From assembly GCA_001179505.1 (NCBI GenBank), contig CDMY01000635.1, positions 186,001 through 250,000 of the forward strand: a stretch of DNA of 64,000 nucleotides, written 5' to 3'. The notes under the pieces were generated by a model, which was not told the origin of the DNA, ran no database searches, and saw nothing but the letters and a program-made list of their open reading frames with translations. A program made the translations under genes and the position numbers. Below are positions 12,847 through 25,712 of the stretch, one piece after another; position 1 is the stretch's first letter, and each line of letters opens with the position of its first letter. The DNA comes from Vitrella brassicaformis CCMP3155 (lineage: Eukaryota; Protista; Chromerida).

Positions 12847-14336
12847 ATGGAGCAGAGCATTACGGGTCAGTGCATGGACCCATGCCCGGTGGAAGAGAGA
12901 GAACGGCGTGAGAGATTTGGCCTACTGCACCCGCTGGAGAGGCGGACGGATGCGACATTGACATCAGGGAGACCTGCTGCGCACCCTGACCATACTCTGA
13001 AGGTATCAAGAATATGTACCAATGTGACGTGAAGTGCCCTCGTCTATGCAGGAGTACGTCAGATCCACCGGGGACCCCTCGTCACGCACTCAAGACCGCC
13101 GCTCTCTCCGCCCCCCTCCCATCCTGCGGCTCGCCACGAAGACCTTGCTCGGCCAGCTCATTGCTTCAGTGCCGCTGGAGCAATGGGAGAGTGCATACGA
13201 TTTCGCCTCCAACCGGCTGCGGGCCATTCGGCACGATGCCATTGTTCAGTCGGCAGTGATGGACACCAGGGAGATGAGCTGGCTGTTCGAGTGCAGCGTG
13301 CGTTTCCTCGCAGCGTCGTCCTATCTGATGAGGGATGAGTTTGTCAAGACAACACAACCTGCTCTGCACGATCAGGCCCTCTTCAGCTGCATGGCTTACC
13401 TCATGAACATCTACCGCTCGCGGCAAGCGGCGAGCAAGGGACGTCAAATGGATCCCAATGGCGATCTCGTGCAGCGAGATGACAGTGCAACCGTGGAGTT
13501 TTCGGCTGCCTATTTGGTCTTGTCGATAATGGATGAGCAGCGGCTGCAAAGCCGCCTCAAGCAGATCTTGAGGCTAGGCAAAAGGCCGTGCGTGGGGTCA
13601 GCGTGGCGGCTAGTCAAGGCAGTGTCCCACCGCAGTTTCGTCCGGACATTTCGCATCGCCTCGACACTCCCACTGCTGGTCAGTCAGCAAAGGGCAGCAG
13701 ACCCACGTGACAATGTCTGTTGTCTGTTTATGGACTCCCGCCTGCGTGTTGTGGATCTTGTAGTTGCGGTGCATCTTTTATCGGCGCCTGACACGGATAC
13801 GTCTGAATGCTCTGCAAACACTGCTGAGGGCTCATGGCTCCCCAAAGGGCACCAGGTGAGTGAGGGACGAAGAGGCGGACACGTAGAGAGTCAATGAGCT
13901 GTCCTTGTGTTTGTCAGGTACCCTCTCGACGCGCTTGCGCGACAATGGCGATTTGACAGTGTCGAGCAGGCCAGGGCGTTCATACAGCAGGCAGGGTGAG
14001 TGAGTGCACCAGGGCATCAAACTTTCCTTACTTGTCCCGCTGCTGCTCTCTTCAGGCTGCAGTGTGTAGATGATGGGAGTTCCTTTCTCTGCGTCCGAGG
14101 AGCGACGATAGATGCCAAGGCTGTCAACAGGTCACCTACGCTCACGCACTCAATGCAATGAGCTGCATCGGTCGGTTGATCGTGTTGTTTGTTGCGTGCC
14201 CCTGGTCCTTGTGGGTGGCTGCAGCGTATCGTGGGATGCCAAGGTGCTGCTCGGGGAGGAGATCACGTGTTTGGGCAGTGACCAACTGGCCAAGTGGATG
14301 CTGGCAGAGGAAGATGGGCCGGCAGAGACTGTGTAG
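12847..14336 (+). CDS. SAC3/GANP/THP3 (PCI-domain) family protein, SAC3D1-like
   Basis: GQCMDPCPVEERERRE...LHPLE, EYVRS...LRPPPIL, YDFASNRLRAIRHDAIVQ and a C-terminal YPLDALARQWRFDSVEQARAFIQQAG winged-helix-like segment. Confidence 0.8.
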
Positions 14337-14657
14337 ATATGTAGAGTAAGGGGATGGACCTTTGGGCTGCATGTGTTCTGCTTAGTGCACCCATGTACCG
14401 CCAGTAGGCGACTTGGGACAGACCCAGACCCATACGTGCAGTTTGATTCGACTTAATCGACGTGTGAGCGGCTGTGAAGCACGTCATGGGTTACACGAAT
14501 GGGTTAGGGCAGGGAGATGAAAATGGGCAAGGTCGAATGGGAGAGAAGAGCGCAATACAACACAAGGAGAGCAGCAACGCACTGATATGAGAGCAACAGC
14601 AGACGCAATCGCTTTTGTCGCTGTCTGACCCACCCTCTTGCTGAGACCAACGACAGG

Positions 14658-16995
14658 ATGGCAGCAGCACCCGTCTTCAACGCGTGGCGCAGTCCAATCG
14701 GCTGGGCGATGGCGGTCATCTTCTGCGAAGCCCTTCCTATTTCATTCATGGTGCGGCTCACACTCCTGCTGCAGCTGAGCTGCATCTGTGAATCACTGAC
14801 TCACCCACCCGACGTGTGTCATGTCGTGACTGATCTGCTCGTGTGTTGTGTGCAGGAGTCTACGTTCGTCGAGCTGCTGTCGGCCACATGGAAGGAGAAG
14901 TTCTACGAGAATGTCTTGTCCATCGACATATGGGTAGGTAAGGTGTCGATACCATACCTCTCTGTCCATACTGCCAGGACATGCATGTTGTCCATCCATC
15001 CGCAGGTGTCCATCGTGGCCATACTGCCGGGCGCCGTCTGCGGATACCTCTCTCACGCAGAACGACTCGGTCAGTCAGTCAGTCAGGCAGGCAGCCACCC
15101 CCCAACAACCGTGACGTGGCACAACGCACAGTGTGGTGCAGTGCACCATTGCATGACCATACCATGTATGTGTCTGGCTGTCTGTCTGTGTTGCAGGTCG
15201 GCGTCACGTCTTGATGTATCTGTGTCTGGCTGCGTCCATCCCGTGGCTCATCCTGGTTGTGTTCGAGTCGGTGAACGGCTTCTACTGGGCCTCCCTGGTA
15301 GTGGGCATTTTCGGAGGGAGGAGGATCGCACTCACCATACCCGTCATATCAGGTAACCACCGCACACGCCGCAGGAAGGGATCCAGACACGGACGGACAC
15401 AGATGTGACTGACCAGTGTTCCTATGTGTGTGCACTGCAGCATGGATCACGGAGTGGGCGCCAGACTCCCACAAGACGCAGCTCTTCGCCCTGGCCTTCA
15501 GCAGCGTGGGCATCGCCAACGTGGCGGGCAATGTTCTCTCCCACCTGCACATCAAGTACCTGGGCATCTCACCTGCAACCATCCTCCGCATCGGCCTCGC
15601 ACTCGAAACCCTCCGACTCTTCGTCCTGCTCGGCTTCCCCGAAAGGCCAAAATGCCGCTGGATGACCAACAACAGCAGCAGCAACGGCGGGGACAGAGAG
15701 AACAGCAGTGCCGGCGCCTTGCCGCCCTACAAGCTGACAATCGGCCCTGATGATGAAGTCATCATACGCGGTGTGTCGGCCGACAAGAGTGTGGGCCGGG
15801 CGAGGTCGAGCCACGACCACGACCAGGAGGAGATCCACAAGATCGTGTCAAGGCCGACCGTCAGCAACGTGCTGGCGTCGGCGGGGGGATGGGAGGAGGG
15901 CAAGGGCGGCCGACTGGCCTTCATCCTCCGCAGCCAGTTCCGGGATATCAGTGTGGCCTTCAAGACGCTCTTTCTGGACTACCGTCTGGAGCTGCTGATA
16001 TCGGTGCTCATATACGGCATCAACACGTCCACAGGGCAGTCCTTCCTGCCCTTCCTCAAGATGCACCTCGGGCTGACGGCCAGCGAGCTGTCCTTCATCG
16101 CCACCATCCGGTCCTTCTCCACCCTCTCCCTGCAAGTGGTGCTCCTCCCCATCGCCCTCGGGCGGGGAGTTGACCCTCTCACCATGCTGCTCGTCTCGAC
16201 CCTGTGTAAGCCACCAGCCATGATGGATGGATGATCCATCCCATCGATGCGATACATTCGTTCGTTGGTTCACCCCGTTTCAGGTACCACTGTTGCGCTG
16301 TCGTGTTACTCGCGTGCTACGACCATATCGGGCATCTACACTGGACTGGCCTTCGCAGGCAGGGCAATGCAACAGAGGCACGCTGCGAATGAGCCTGATG
16401 TGTTCGTTCATTCACCCCGCGTGTATGTGTATGTGTGCAGGTTTCCAGTGGATGACGTTCCCCCTGCTGCAGGGGCTGGTGGCTAAGTGCAAGGCAAGCA
16501 AACAGAACAGCACACTCGGGCGGTCACTCACTCACTCATCTCAAGGTATGGATGTTGTCCCTTGCTGCAGGTCCACAGTGTTGACGACGTCACACGATCG
16601 AAATCGACCGCCTGCCCGTCCACCAATCGCACCGCAGAGTCCGATGACAACAATATCGCTTCACCACCGCCTGAGTGAGCATCCGACCCGATGCACTCGC
16701 TCACATGCTCACCACACCTGACGTGCATGGACATGTGTGTGATGTGATCAGGATGGACCAAGGATCGATTCTGGGCGGCTTCGCTGGCGTATGCACTCTG
16801 GCCAAGTCCGTCATCCCCCTGCTCACCTCTGTCCTCTTCTCCCATTACCGATCCCTCCCGCCACCCTTTGCCTTCGCGCAAGTGGGCTTCATGGCGCTGA
16901 CTTTCTTGATGGGGATCGTTGTCCTGCTGGTCATGGTCCTCATCGTCAAGAAGTCTCGCCAGAGGGGCTTACCCATGTATAAGAAGCCCGTGTGA
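14658..16995 (+). CDS. Major facilitator superfamily transporter (about 12 TM, SLC46/TetA-like)
   Basis: Two sets of multiple hydrophobic helices separated by a hydrophilic central loop; WITEWAPDSHKTQLFALAFSS, DQGSILGGFAGVCTLAKSVIP. Confidence 0.78.
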
Positions 16996-17763
16996 GTGTG
17001 AGTGAGTGAGTGGAACGATCGCTGTTGGTTGTGTTGTACAGAGAGGTGAGGCGTGTAACGTTCTGTTTAGCAGCACGTATGCATGGGTACAGGGGAGGCT
17101 GGGCAGGGCAGTGGAAGAGAGAGAGGAGATGGATGTGAATAGCTTCATACATACAACACAGCGAGCGGGGAGATGGAGCCTCGGTGAGTGAGTGATGATC
17201 GATCGCATCAAGCAAGCGTGTCGTGTGTCTGTTTTTGGCGTGTGAAGAGTGCATGTCAGTCAGTTGAGCCAACCAGTCTGGGCGGGGGGGCGGGGACAAC
17301 GAGAGCATTTCTTGGTGTGTGACCTAACCAGCAGTGAGACTTCACTTCACTCACTGTGACAGTGATATCGATGTATCGGTGGAGGATACATAGGGTGCTC
17401 CCTCCGGTTGATTGAATGCGTATACCCGTTTGCTTTGCATGGTCAGTCAGAGGATCGCATCGCATCAGGGGGTATGTAATGAATCCATCATTCATCATAC
17501 ATACATCTCACTCATTCATGCCATGCACACACAAAGCAATCAATCCGCTTGACAGACAGACCAGAACACCCACTCGAACAGCAACAACACCCACAGTCTC
17601 CCTCCACCTAGCTATCTATCTATCTGCTCTTTTGCATGCCTATGCCTTTCCCCTTCCCCTTGCGCACCATGCCCTTGCCCTTGTGCTGCACATACATACA
17701 CACACGACACACCAATCGACTGGCTCGTCCATCAGGCGCCGATGCGTGCGTGCGTGAATCTCA

Positions 17764-19500
17764 TCATTCATCCTTCTCTCTCACCTTGCCGCCCTTGCCG
17801 TGGATGCCTGGTTTGAACCCCCGGTCATCGGCTGACGACTTGGCGTCATTGCGCTTCTTGCCGGCCTTCTTGCCGCCGAAGCCCCACTTGGCGTCCTGGC
17901 GACCAACAGATATATACGGACATACAGGCGACCAACAGATATAAACGAGTGCCACGGTGTTGTGTGTACCTTGGCCTGTCGTTTCTTGCCCTTCTTGGGA
18001 CGGTTGTCTGCCGGTTTGGCAGCGACTTCCCTTGGCCTTTTGGGCGACGGTTGGCCGTCGGCGTCGCCCTGATGCTTCCGCTTGACGCCCTTGCCACTGG
18101 GGCGGCTCTCCGTGGCCTGGTTCTGACCGACCCACAACACCAGGAGGTGTTCCTTCCCGGTGGTGTTGTCGGCTGCCATTCTACCTAGCTACCTACCTGC
18201 ATGAATCGGTCGAAGGACTCCTCTGCCGTCGCCTCATCGTCGCCCTTCTTGCGCTCTGCAACGCACACACACACCAGAGAGGGGGATCTCACACGGGTGG
18301 CCTGCCTTCCTGTGCTGAAAGCTTTGTTTGGTGTGTGTGTGTACCTTACCTTTTCTCCACTTGTCGAACTTCTTGAGGTTGATGTTCTTCTCCATCTGCT
18401 TCTGTTTAACACGCTCCACTTGCACCTACACGTCCCCACAAGACGACAGACATACAGACACCAGTGACGTGACAGCCATCCCTCTCTCTCCAAAGGAGGC
18501 AAGCCTCGATCTCTCGCTGACCGACCGACCGAGGTCTCATCTCACTCACCCACCTGTTTGGCGAACTTCTTCTGGACCTTCTGTGTCTTGCGCTGCTCCA
18601 CCGCCTTGATGCGCGCCTCCTCGTCTGCCAACTTGGCACGCACCTGATACACACAAACACGATGGGTGGGTGCATAGACAGGACACCGCACCCGTGTAAT
18701 CATGTCGCTCACCTTGAGCATCTGCGTGTCTGATTTGAGCATTTCTGCCAGGAAGTCAGCAGGGCGGGAGAACTTGACACCCATGGCCTTCAGTCGACGA
18801 AGACCCTCCGTCGCATTCGCATGAGCGACATCATGGCTGACACACACACACACACAGGACACACCACACACATCGACGTGCATGCACTCGTCCATCGTCT
18901 TGATTATATATCTGTGGCCACCGGCTCACTCACAAGAGTTTCTCCCTCGAGATGTCGTTTGTGTGGTCCACTTTGTCGGCGTCCTCTGCCGGCCTGGGGC
19001 TCGTGACAGCCAGCGTATCGATCCACGGCACACGCTTCATCCCCTTGGGCACCTTGTACGCAATCTCCCCCAGCTTGTGACGCAGCCCTGCCTCATCGAT
19101 CTTCCCATCCTTCCCATCCTTGGCGGCTGCCCCCGCCCCAGGGCTGTCCAAGATCCGCTCGCCTGGCTTTAAAGGGATGTCGCTAAGGAGGGCGGCTCGT
19201 GTGTCGTCCTCCTCATCTTCGTCTTGCTCGTCGTCGTCTTGGTCAAACTCGTCTTCGAGGAAGCCCACCGATGGGTAATCGTCGCCCCTGCCGCCAAGGG
19301 ATGGCTTCGGTAACTCATCTTCCTCGTAGAGAGCTGGATGCGACTCGTCTGCAGCCTGTGGTGGAGCCTGAAGGGGATCACACAAGAAAGATGGAAGATT
19401 CATCGGCAGATCAACGCATGGTGTTTGTGAGGCCTACTTTGTTCTTGCGCTTGGTCAACGCGGCCAGCCTCTTCTTTTGCTTGATACGACTGTTCTCCAT
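17764..19500 (-). CDS. EBP2: rRNA-processing protein EBP2
   Basis: Acidic N-terminal part, VPWIDTL, NDISRE, GVKFSRPADFLAEMLKSDTQMLKVRAKL, QKKFAKQVQ and a Lys/Gly-rich tail. Confidence 0.9.
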
Positions 19501-19550
19501 CCTGTACGATTCCGGACGGCTGCTTGGCGCAAAGCAACACTTCGCCGAGC

Positions 19551-19559
19551 TGCGAGCTT
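19551..19559. promoter_or_regulatory. TGCGAGCTT motif in the EBP2/unknown-gene divergent promoter
   Basis: Read directly (cgagctgcgagcttagct). Confidence 0.55.
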
Positions 19560-19896
19560 AGCTGAGCGATCCCCCCCGTGTAACAGAGACAGGTTGGTTT
19601 GCCTGGGGTAACCTGGGCCACGGGCTGATTGTTGCGGTTTGCCTCGGTATAGTGGGGCACAGCTGTGTGCTGCGGAAGCGACGAACCAAGAAGCCGCAAC
19701 GCGGGCGAAGCCGGCCGCCAGGCGGGGTTCACCGGGACGGAGGACCGGCACCAGTCATCCGTGAGCACCTCTCTGCCCCCTCCACGATAGCATGTAAGCG
19801 CCACCGGGGGGGAGCGCCGTTGACCGCTATTTGCCGTGCTCTGCCTCCCCGGCTCCCTGCAGGCGGCGGAGCTCCAAGGCCGAGGCCGAACCACCG

Positions 19897-21202
19897 ATGA
19901 AAAGCTCAGCACCACCAGTGAAAGGTACGGTAGGCCAGGGCTGCCGCCGGGACAGCTCCACACCGGCACACAGGCGGGCCGCCTTGGCTCGCAGGCTGGG
20001 ATGGCTCTCTCTCAATGACTCCCTTTTCCTCCCTCCCCTCTATGCTCTGCTGTGTGTGCAGGTTCGTCTATGATGAGTGAGGTGCCGAGCGTCCCTCCCA
20101 GCCCCCGCACTCAGCGTGCACTTCAGCGGAGCGTCATGAATGAGCAGCGCATCGCAGGGGCCAGTGAGACCACCCCTCCCACACCCCCCGTGACGGACGA
20201 GTCGGACAAGGCAGCGGCCTCAAGTGGCTCCACTAACCACGATGGCAGCCCCATGAAGGAGGACAAGAGTGTCGACGGGCCTTCCGAGCAGCTCGAGGGC
20301 GTGCTTCAGCGGCCTCCTTTGCTCGGCTCGCCTGTCGTCGCCGACGGGCCGGTCCCCGGCCCGGAGAGTGAGCACAAGGGTGGGGCAGAGGACAAGAGTG
20401 GCGGCGAGTCTGCAGCAGTGGCCAAGGATGCAGACGCGCAGCCAGTCGTCGAGAAGGAGGAGACCAAGGTCAAGCAGGAGAGCTCACCGGCGTCGGTGTC
20501 GGTGGGTGGAGACGATGCCCCGGACAAGTCCGGTGGGCCCTCCCCGCCCCGGCAGCTCCACCGCTCTGTCGAGTCCAAGGCACAAGACACAGGCTCTTCC
20601 AAGGCAGTGGCCAAGCGAGGCAAGAGGAAGGGCAGCGAGGACGGCAGCAACGGCGGCCCCTCACAAGCCCGGCCCAAGCCGGTGCGCGATGCATATGGGC
20701 GCTTCACGACCAAGAAGCAGTCGGGCAAGGACAACGGCCAGCCCGCTGCCAAGTCGGTGCGCAAGTCTCGTTCTTCCAAGAGCGAGCGCAGGGACAGCAG
20801 GAGGTCGCGTAGCAAGACCTCGTCTGCGAGTCGAAATGCATCGCTGGGTGGGGAGGACGATGACGAGGACTATCAGCCGGCAAAGCGGCCGCTGTCGGCC
20901 GCACTCGAGTCCAGGCTGGCGATGCTGAGGGCGCTGTCGCCCAACAGTGACATTGAGGTGAGGTGTGGAGAGCGGGCGGGGCGCCACACCGACCGAGGGC
21001 GGTTGATGTGATGCCTGTGTGCCTGTGATTATGTGGTGATCGATCGATGTGTTTGTGCCACCCTCAGGTGAAGGACAATGGTTTGGATGTGCCCAGCCAG
21101 GGCAAGCTGGTGTCTGTGGCGGAGGAGGGCGGCGATTACGTGGTGTACTATAGACGGCAGGGGTGGTTCACCACCTTCAGGGCACCCATACAGATGGTCA
21201 GT

Positions 21203-21240
<38 letters not shown>

Positions 21241-24200
21241 CCCGACACAGATTGACATGAACCAACACTCGCCCGTCCCATCCATCCATCGCATCGCTTG
21301 TTTGTGCCCTTTCTCCGTATGGCATACATGCAATGCAGGTCATGCCCGGGACGGGCTGGAGTGACCAGCTGCTGGGCAATCGCAAGGCCGCCGCCCGCCG
21401 AGANNNNNNNNNNNNNNNNNNNNNNNNNNNNNNNNNNNNNNNNNNNNNNNNNNNNNNNNNNNNNNNNNNNNNNNNNNNNNNNNNNNNNNNNNNNNNNNNN
21501 NNNNNNNNNNNNNNNNNNNNNNNNNNNNNNNNNNNNNNNNNNNNNNNNNNNNNNNNNNNNNNNNNNNNNNNNNNNNNNNNNNNNNNNNNNNNNNNNNNNN
21601 NNNNNNNNNNNNNNNNNNNNNNNNNNNNNNNNNNNNNNNNNNNNNNNNNNNNNNNNNNNNNNNNNNNNNNNNNNNNNNNNNNNNNNNNNNNNNNNNNNNN
21701 NNNCCGCCGCCCGCCGAGACCCGCCCCCCCGCCCCCCGTTCCTGGCCCCTCCTCTCTTCAGCCCGCCCCCATTCCCCTTCCCGCCACCTCCACACCTGCA
21801 CGGCCTGCTGCGGCCTCAGGTAGGCAGGCACATGAAGGAAATGATAGATGGCTATGCAGCTAGATTGAAATCAATGGCCGGTGAATTTCTACGTGTTTGT
21901 TTACAGCACATTGAAATCAAAGAGCCCCAGGACATCGAGCCGCGGATGGCCATCCTGCACGGCATCTTCCCCAGCGGTGAGTCGCTCGGCGACATGATCG
22001 TCACCTACTCGGCTCCCGGGGAGTCGCCCTTCACGCAGCGGACCACCAAGGCACGCTTTGTAAGGCCCATGGGCGGCTGGAATGCCGAGAAGATGGCCAA
22101 GCAAGCGGCCAGGGCAGGGGCTCCGCAGAAGCGGAAGACTGCCCAGCCATCAGGGTCAGGGTCGGGGCCGGCAACAGCGGCGCCGCGGGCACCCGCAAAG
22201 CCGCCGAAAGCACCGGCCAGTCCGGCTGAGCCTGCACCCAAGCCTGCAGCCAAGACGCGGCCACGCAGGAACAACAAAAACGGAAACATGTAAGTTATGT
22301 AAGGAGGAAACCTCCACCAGATAGATAGATGGATGACTAAGTCGAGTATCACTGGCCTTCCTGGCCTCCTGGTGGGTGTGGTGTGGTGTTTGTTGTGAAT
22401 TGGTTGGTTGATCGTGCTGATCGTGCAGCAAGTACTACTTGCAGGCGGACAAGCCGGACATCGACTCTGACCTGGCAGCTCTTCGTGACGTGTGCCTGGA
22501 GTCGGATGAGGACGCTGCCGAGTGGGCCGAGGTGTACGCCATGGACATCGATGCGGAGCGAGAGCACACCAAGAGCAAGAGCAAGAAGGCCAAGAAGGAG
22601 GCCGCATCCCGCTACCCCCCGGAGCTTGTGCCGCCCCTCAACGCCTTCATCCAGCGGTGCCGACAGCAGCAGCTCGAGACCGTCAAGAAGAGGCTCAGGG
22701 CCCACCGCACCTTCCACTCAGGCAACACCATCACCATCGGCGGCGAGCTCGCCTACCATCTGGAGCTGCTGCGGCCAGGCCGCAAGCGCATGGATGGTGC
22801 TGCTGGTGCTGGTGGTGTTGGTGGTGAGCAGACGGGGGGTCTCGATCCGCGGTCAGAGCGTGCCGTGGGTTCTGCGCTGTCGGCCATGCTGGCCGCCCAC
22901 CGCGCCGTTCGTCACATGGAGCCGGCCGACCGTGACCCCCTCGAACTCCTCCCTGAGCGAGACCCCTCCCCCGATGAGGTGGCCGCCAGGTTCCGGTTGG
23001 TACAGATGACCCGCAGCAACCAGTTTGAGGACAAAGAGGAAGCCACGGCCAAGTCAGGAAAGGAGCCGGCTGCGGCTGACAGCCAGGCGGCCGACTCGGC
23101 TATGGATGTCGACGTGACGGGTGAGGCGGAGGCGGCGGGCGGTGGGGGTCTGTCGGCGGATGAGCGGCGGGCCCGCTTCTTGGCGGCGATGGAGGAGGGA
23201 GGGGACTCGCCGGATGGGGCGGGGGCTACTAAGTCGGCATCGCGAGATGCGGATCTCATGGATGTTGAACAGGTGAGGAATGAATAGACCGACTGACTCA
23301 GACCTTCAGATGGAATCATCCATTTTGTGTGTGTGTGTGTGTGTGTGTCAGGATGTGGCCCGTGAGCCGAGTGGCGGCTTGCAGTTCCTTGGGTCTCCGT
23401 CAGGGAGCAAGAAGGGGGCCGAGGCCTTCGACATAGAGGAGAAGCTCGTCTCGGCCGCCTGCATGGGATCCGGCAGTCGACAGCCATTGATGGTGTCCAC
23501 TCGTAGTGGTGTTGGGGATGAGGGGGCTGACGCGGTGGATAGCAGTGATGACGACACCCCTCTGTATACCAGTTGGCGGCGGCGTCACGCGAAGCGCAAG
23601 AGGCGGGGGCCCTTCTACAGGCGTTTCTGGGAGGCGCTGAGACCTGACGCGCAGTGGCGGATCAGGTGGGTCTGGGGTCAAAGGGGTGGACTGGACTGCG
23701 GCGGGCTGCGCCATGCATATGTCTGTCTGGCTGTCACACATGAATGGCATGGCATGCAGGCCGAGCGTTGTGGACGAATGCAAGCGCATCTACTTCAGGT
23801 AGGTCAGACAGCTGCAGGCCTGGCCACACACACCCACACACCCTACAAGATGCATGCCATGCATGTCGATCGACAAACGAACGAGTCGACACTCTCTCTG
23901 CTATTCATTTATTTGTGTGTCTGCCTGCGTGTGCGTGCAGCAAGAGCGAGCCCGAGTACTCGTGTCTGCTGTCGTTCATGCGTCTGCTGCCGCTGTCCAA
24001 GATGACCCCGGCGCAGATATCCGAGGAGATCGAGGAGTTCGTCCTCGTCACTCTCCGGAGACTGCAGGACCTCGCAGCCAGTGGCATCGCACCCCCATCC
24101 GTCAAACACATGTTCCTGCGGGACACTCTAGGCCACTTCGGCAGCCAGACCTCGGGTGGTCTTCGTCGAGGGCTTGCCCGCCCACCAGTGCCCAAGTCAC

Positions 24201-24943
24201 GAGATGGTGGCCAACAGGAGACGCCGCGCAAGAAGTCGCCGATCGTCATCGCGCCACCGGCATTCGGTGGCGTCAAGAAGGGTGACGCCCCGCGTCCGCT
24301 GAGCCTCCCGCCGCTGCCCTTCCTGCGGGGCTGTCTGCCGCTGCTCACTGCCAAGAGCATGCCGCCGTTGGCCATCGGTGTGTCAGCTGCCCCCCACCTG
24401 AAGCGCGCTGCAGCTGACCAGCTAGAGCCCCCTGAGGGAGCGGCAAAGAAGCCGCGGCATGAGGCCAACCTGGCGGTCCCTGAGGCGCCTTCGTCCGGCC
24501 CAGTGCCGATGTCTCGTCACCCGATCATCGCCATGGGACCGAGAGCCCATCGCATGGGGCCGCCCTTCCCATTTCCATTTCCGTTCCCCCCGCCAGCTCT
24601 GCAAGGCAAGGGCCCATCGGGCGGTCCCCGCCCAATGCCGCCACTCTTCCCGCCTCGCCTGCCCTTCTTCCCATTGGCCATGGGTGCTCCACTCAGGGCG
24701 GCCATCTCGCCCTCCTCCGCCCCCCGGCCGCCAATGGGACCACACCGTGCGAATGGTCGTGACGGCGACATCGCGGTGGGTCCTGTGGGGCCATTCTCGC
24801 GTCCACCGTGGAAGGAGGAGCAGTCGGCATCGTTCGAGTCTGCGGGGACCAACAACGGGATTGTCTCCGCCGGGCCAGTGGCTGGAAAGGGTGACGGGGG
24901 CGGTCAGCGTGGGCGTGTGGGCATGGCGGTGTCGTCTGAGTAG
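19897..24943 (+). CDS. Large unknown protein with disordered N-terminus, possible Tudor/Agenet-like barrel, helical middle and Pro-rich C-terminus; spans the first N-gap
   Basis: Exons join in phase: MKSSAPPVK|GSSM... and AT|GTAAGT(22290)...cag|C AAG TAC (22429), which links the 21298-22293 and 22439-23287 ORFs. Stop TAG at 24941-24943. Confidence 0.6.
21404..21703. other. Assembly gap (300 N), probably spurious
   Basis: N run whose flanks share a 16-nt overlap, ccgccgcccgccgaga. Confidence 0.95.
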
Positions 24944-25712
24944 CCGAGTCAGTCAGAGCCAGCCCTTCGTGCGATCTGACAGCTGGGTGGGTGGGTTGGT
25001 TGGTGGGGTGGATGGAGGTTTGGGAGCAATGCTGTTGGGTGGGGCATGCAAGAAATAATGAGAGCTTTTTCCAATGGACGGACGAGGCTGGATCGCACGG
25101 TGGGTCCTCCCTCCCTGCCTGCCTGCCTGCCTGTCTGCTTGGTGGATTTGTGCTAATGCCTGTCTGTCTATCTGTCTGCCTGAGTGTGTACTTTGAAAGA
25201 AGAACAAACGTTGCCGCGTGTGGTTTGGGACCAATGCATTGCATGCACTCCACGTGGTGACTGAGTGAGAGATGAGTCAGAGAGGGGGTGTCGGTGCTCA
25301 CTTGGCTGACTGATGCTCTCTCTCTCTGGCGGTTGGTTCATTCCTTCCTCCCTTCTCGGATGAGAAGATGCATACATACATACGTGTGTGGATGGATGGA
25401 TGGATACATGGATGGCTGAGGGACATTTTTGCACTCAACGAGTGGTGCACAGCACATTGACTGAAAGGACACGCACTCGGTGGTTCAGTGAGGGCAGGTA
25501 AGACTTGCGTCACACACAGGACATGCAGAGAGAGGCACTCACGCAACCAACGCGACACACACGGACGGACAACGTACAATTTGATGAACTTCTTCATCAG
25601 ACAGCACACCCCCCTCGCCTCCACGTGTGTACGCACCGCCTCGAGTGCATTCATTCACCACAGTAAAGAGAGAGCCCCCTCGCCTTTTCCACTTCCCCCT
25701 GTTGTGCACGCC

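Noticed and set aside
21298-22293. Frameshift or pseudogene across the first N-gap
   Set aside because: Explained by the 16-nt flank overlap; merging restores the frame.
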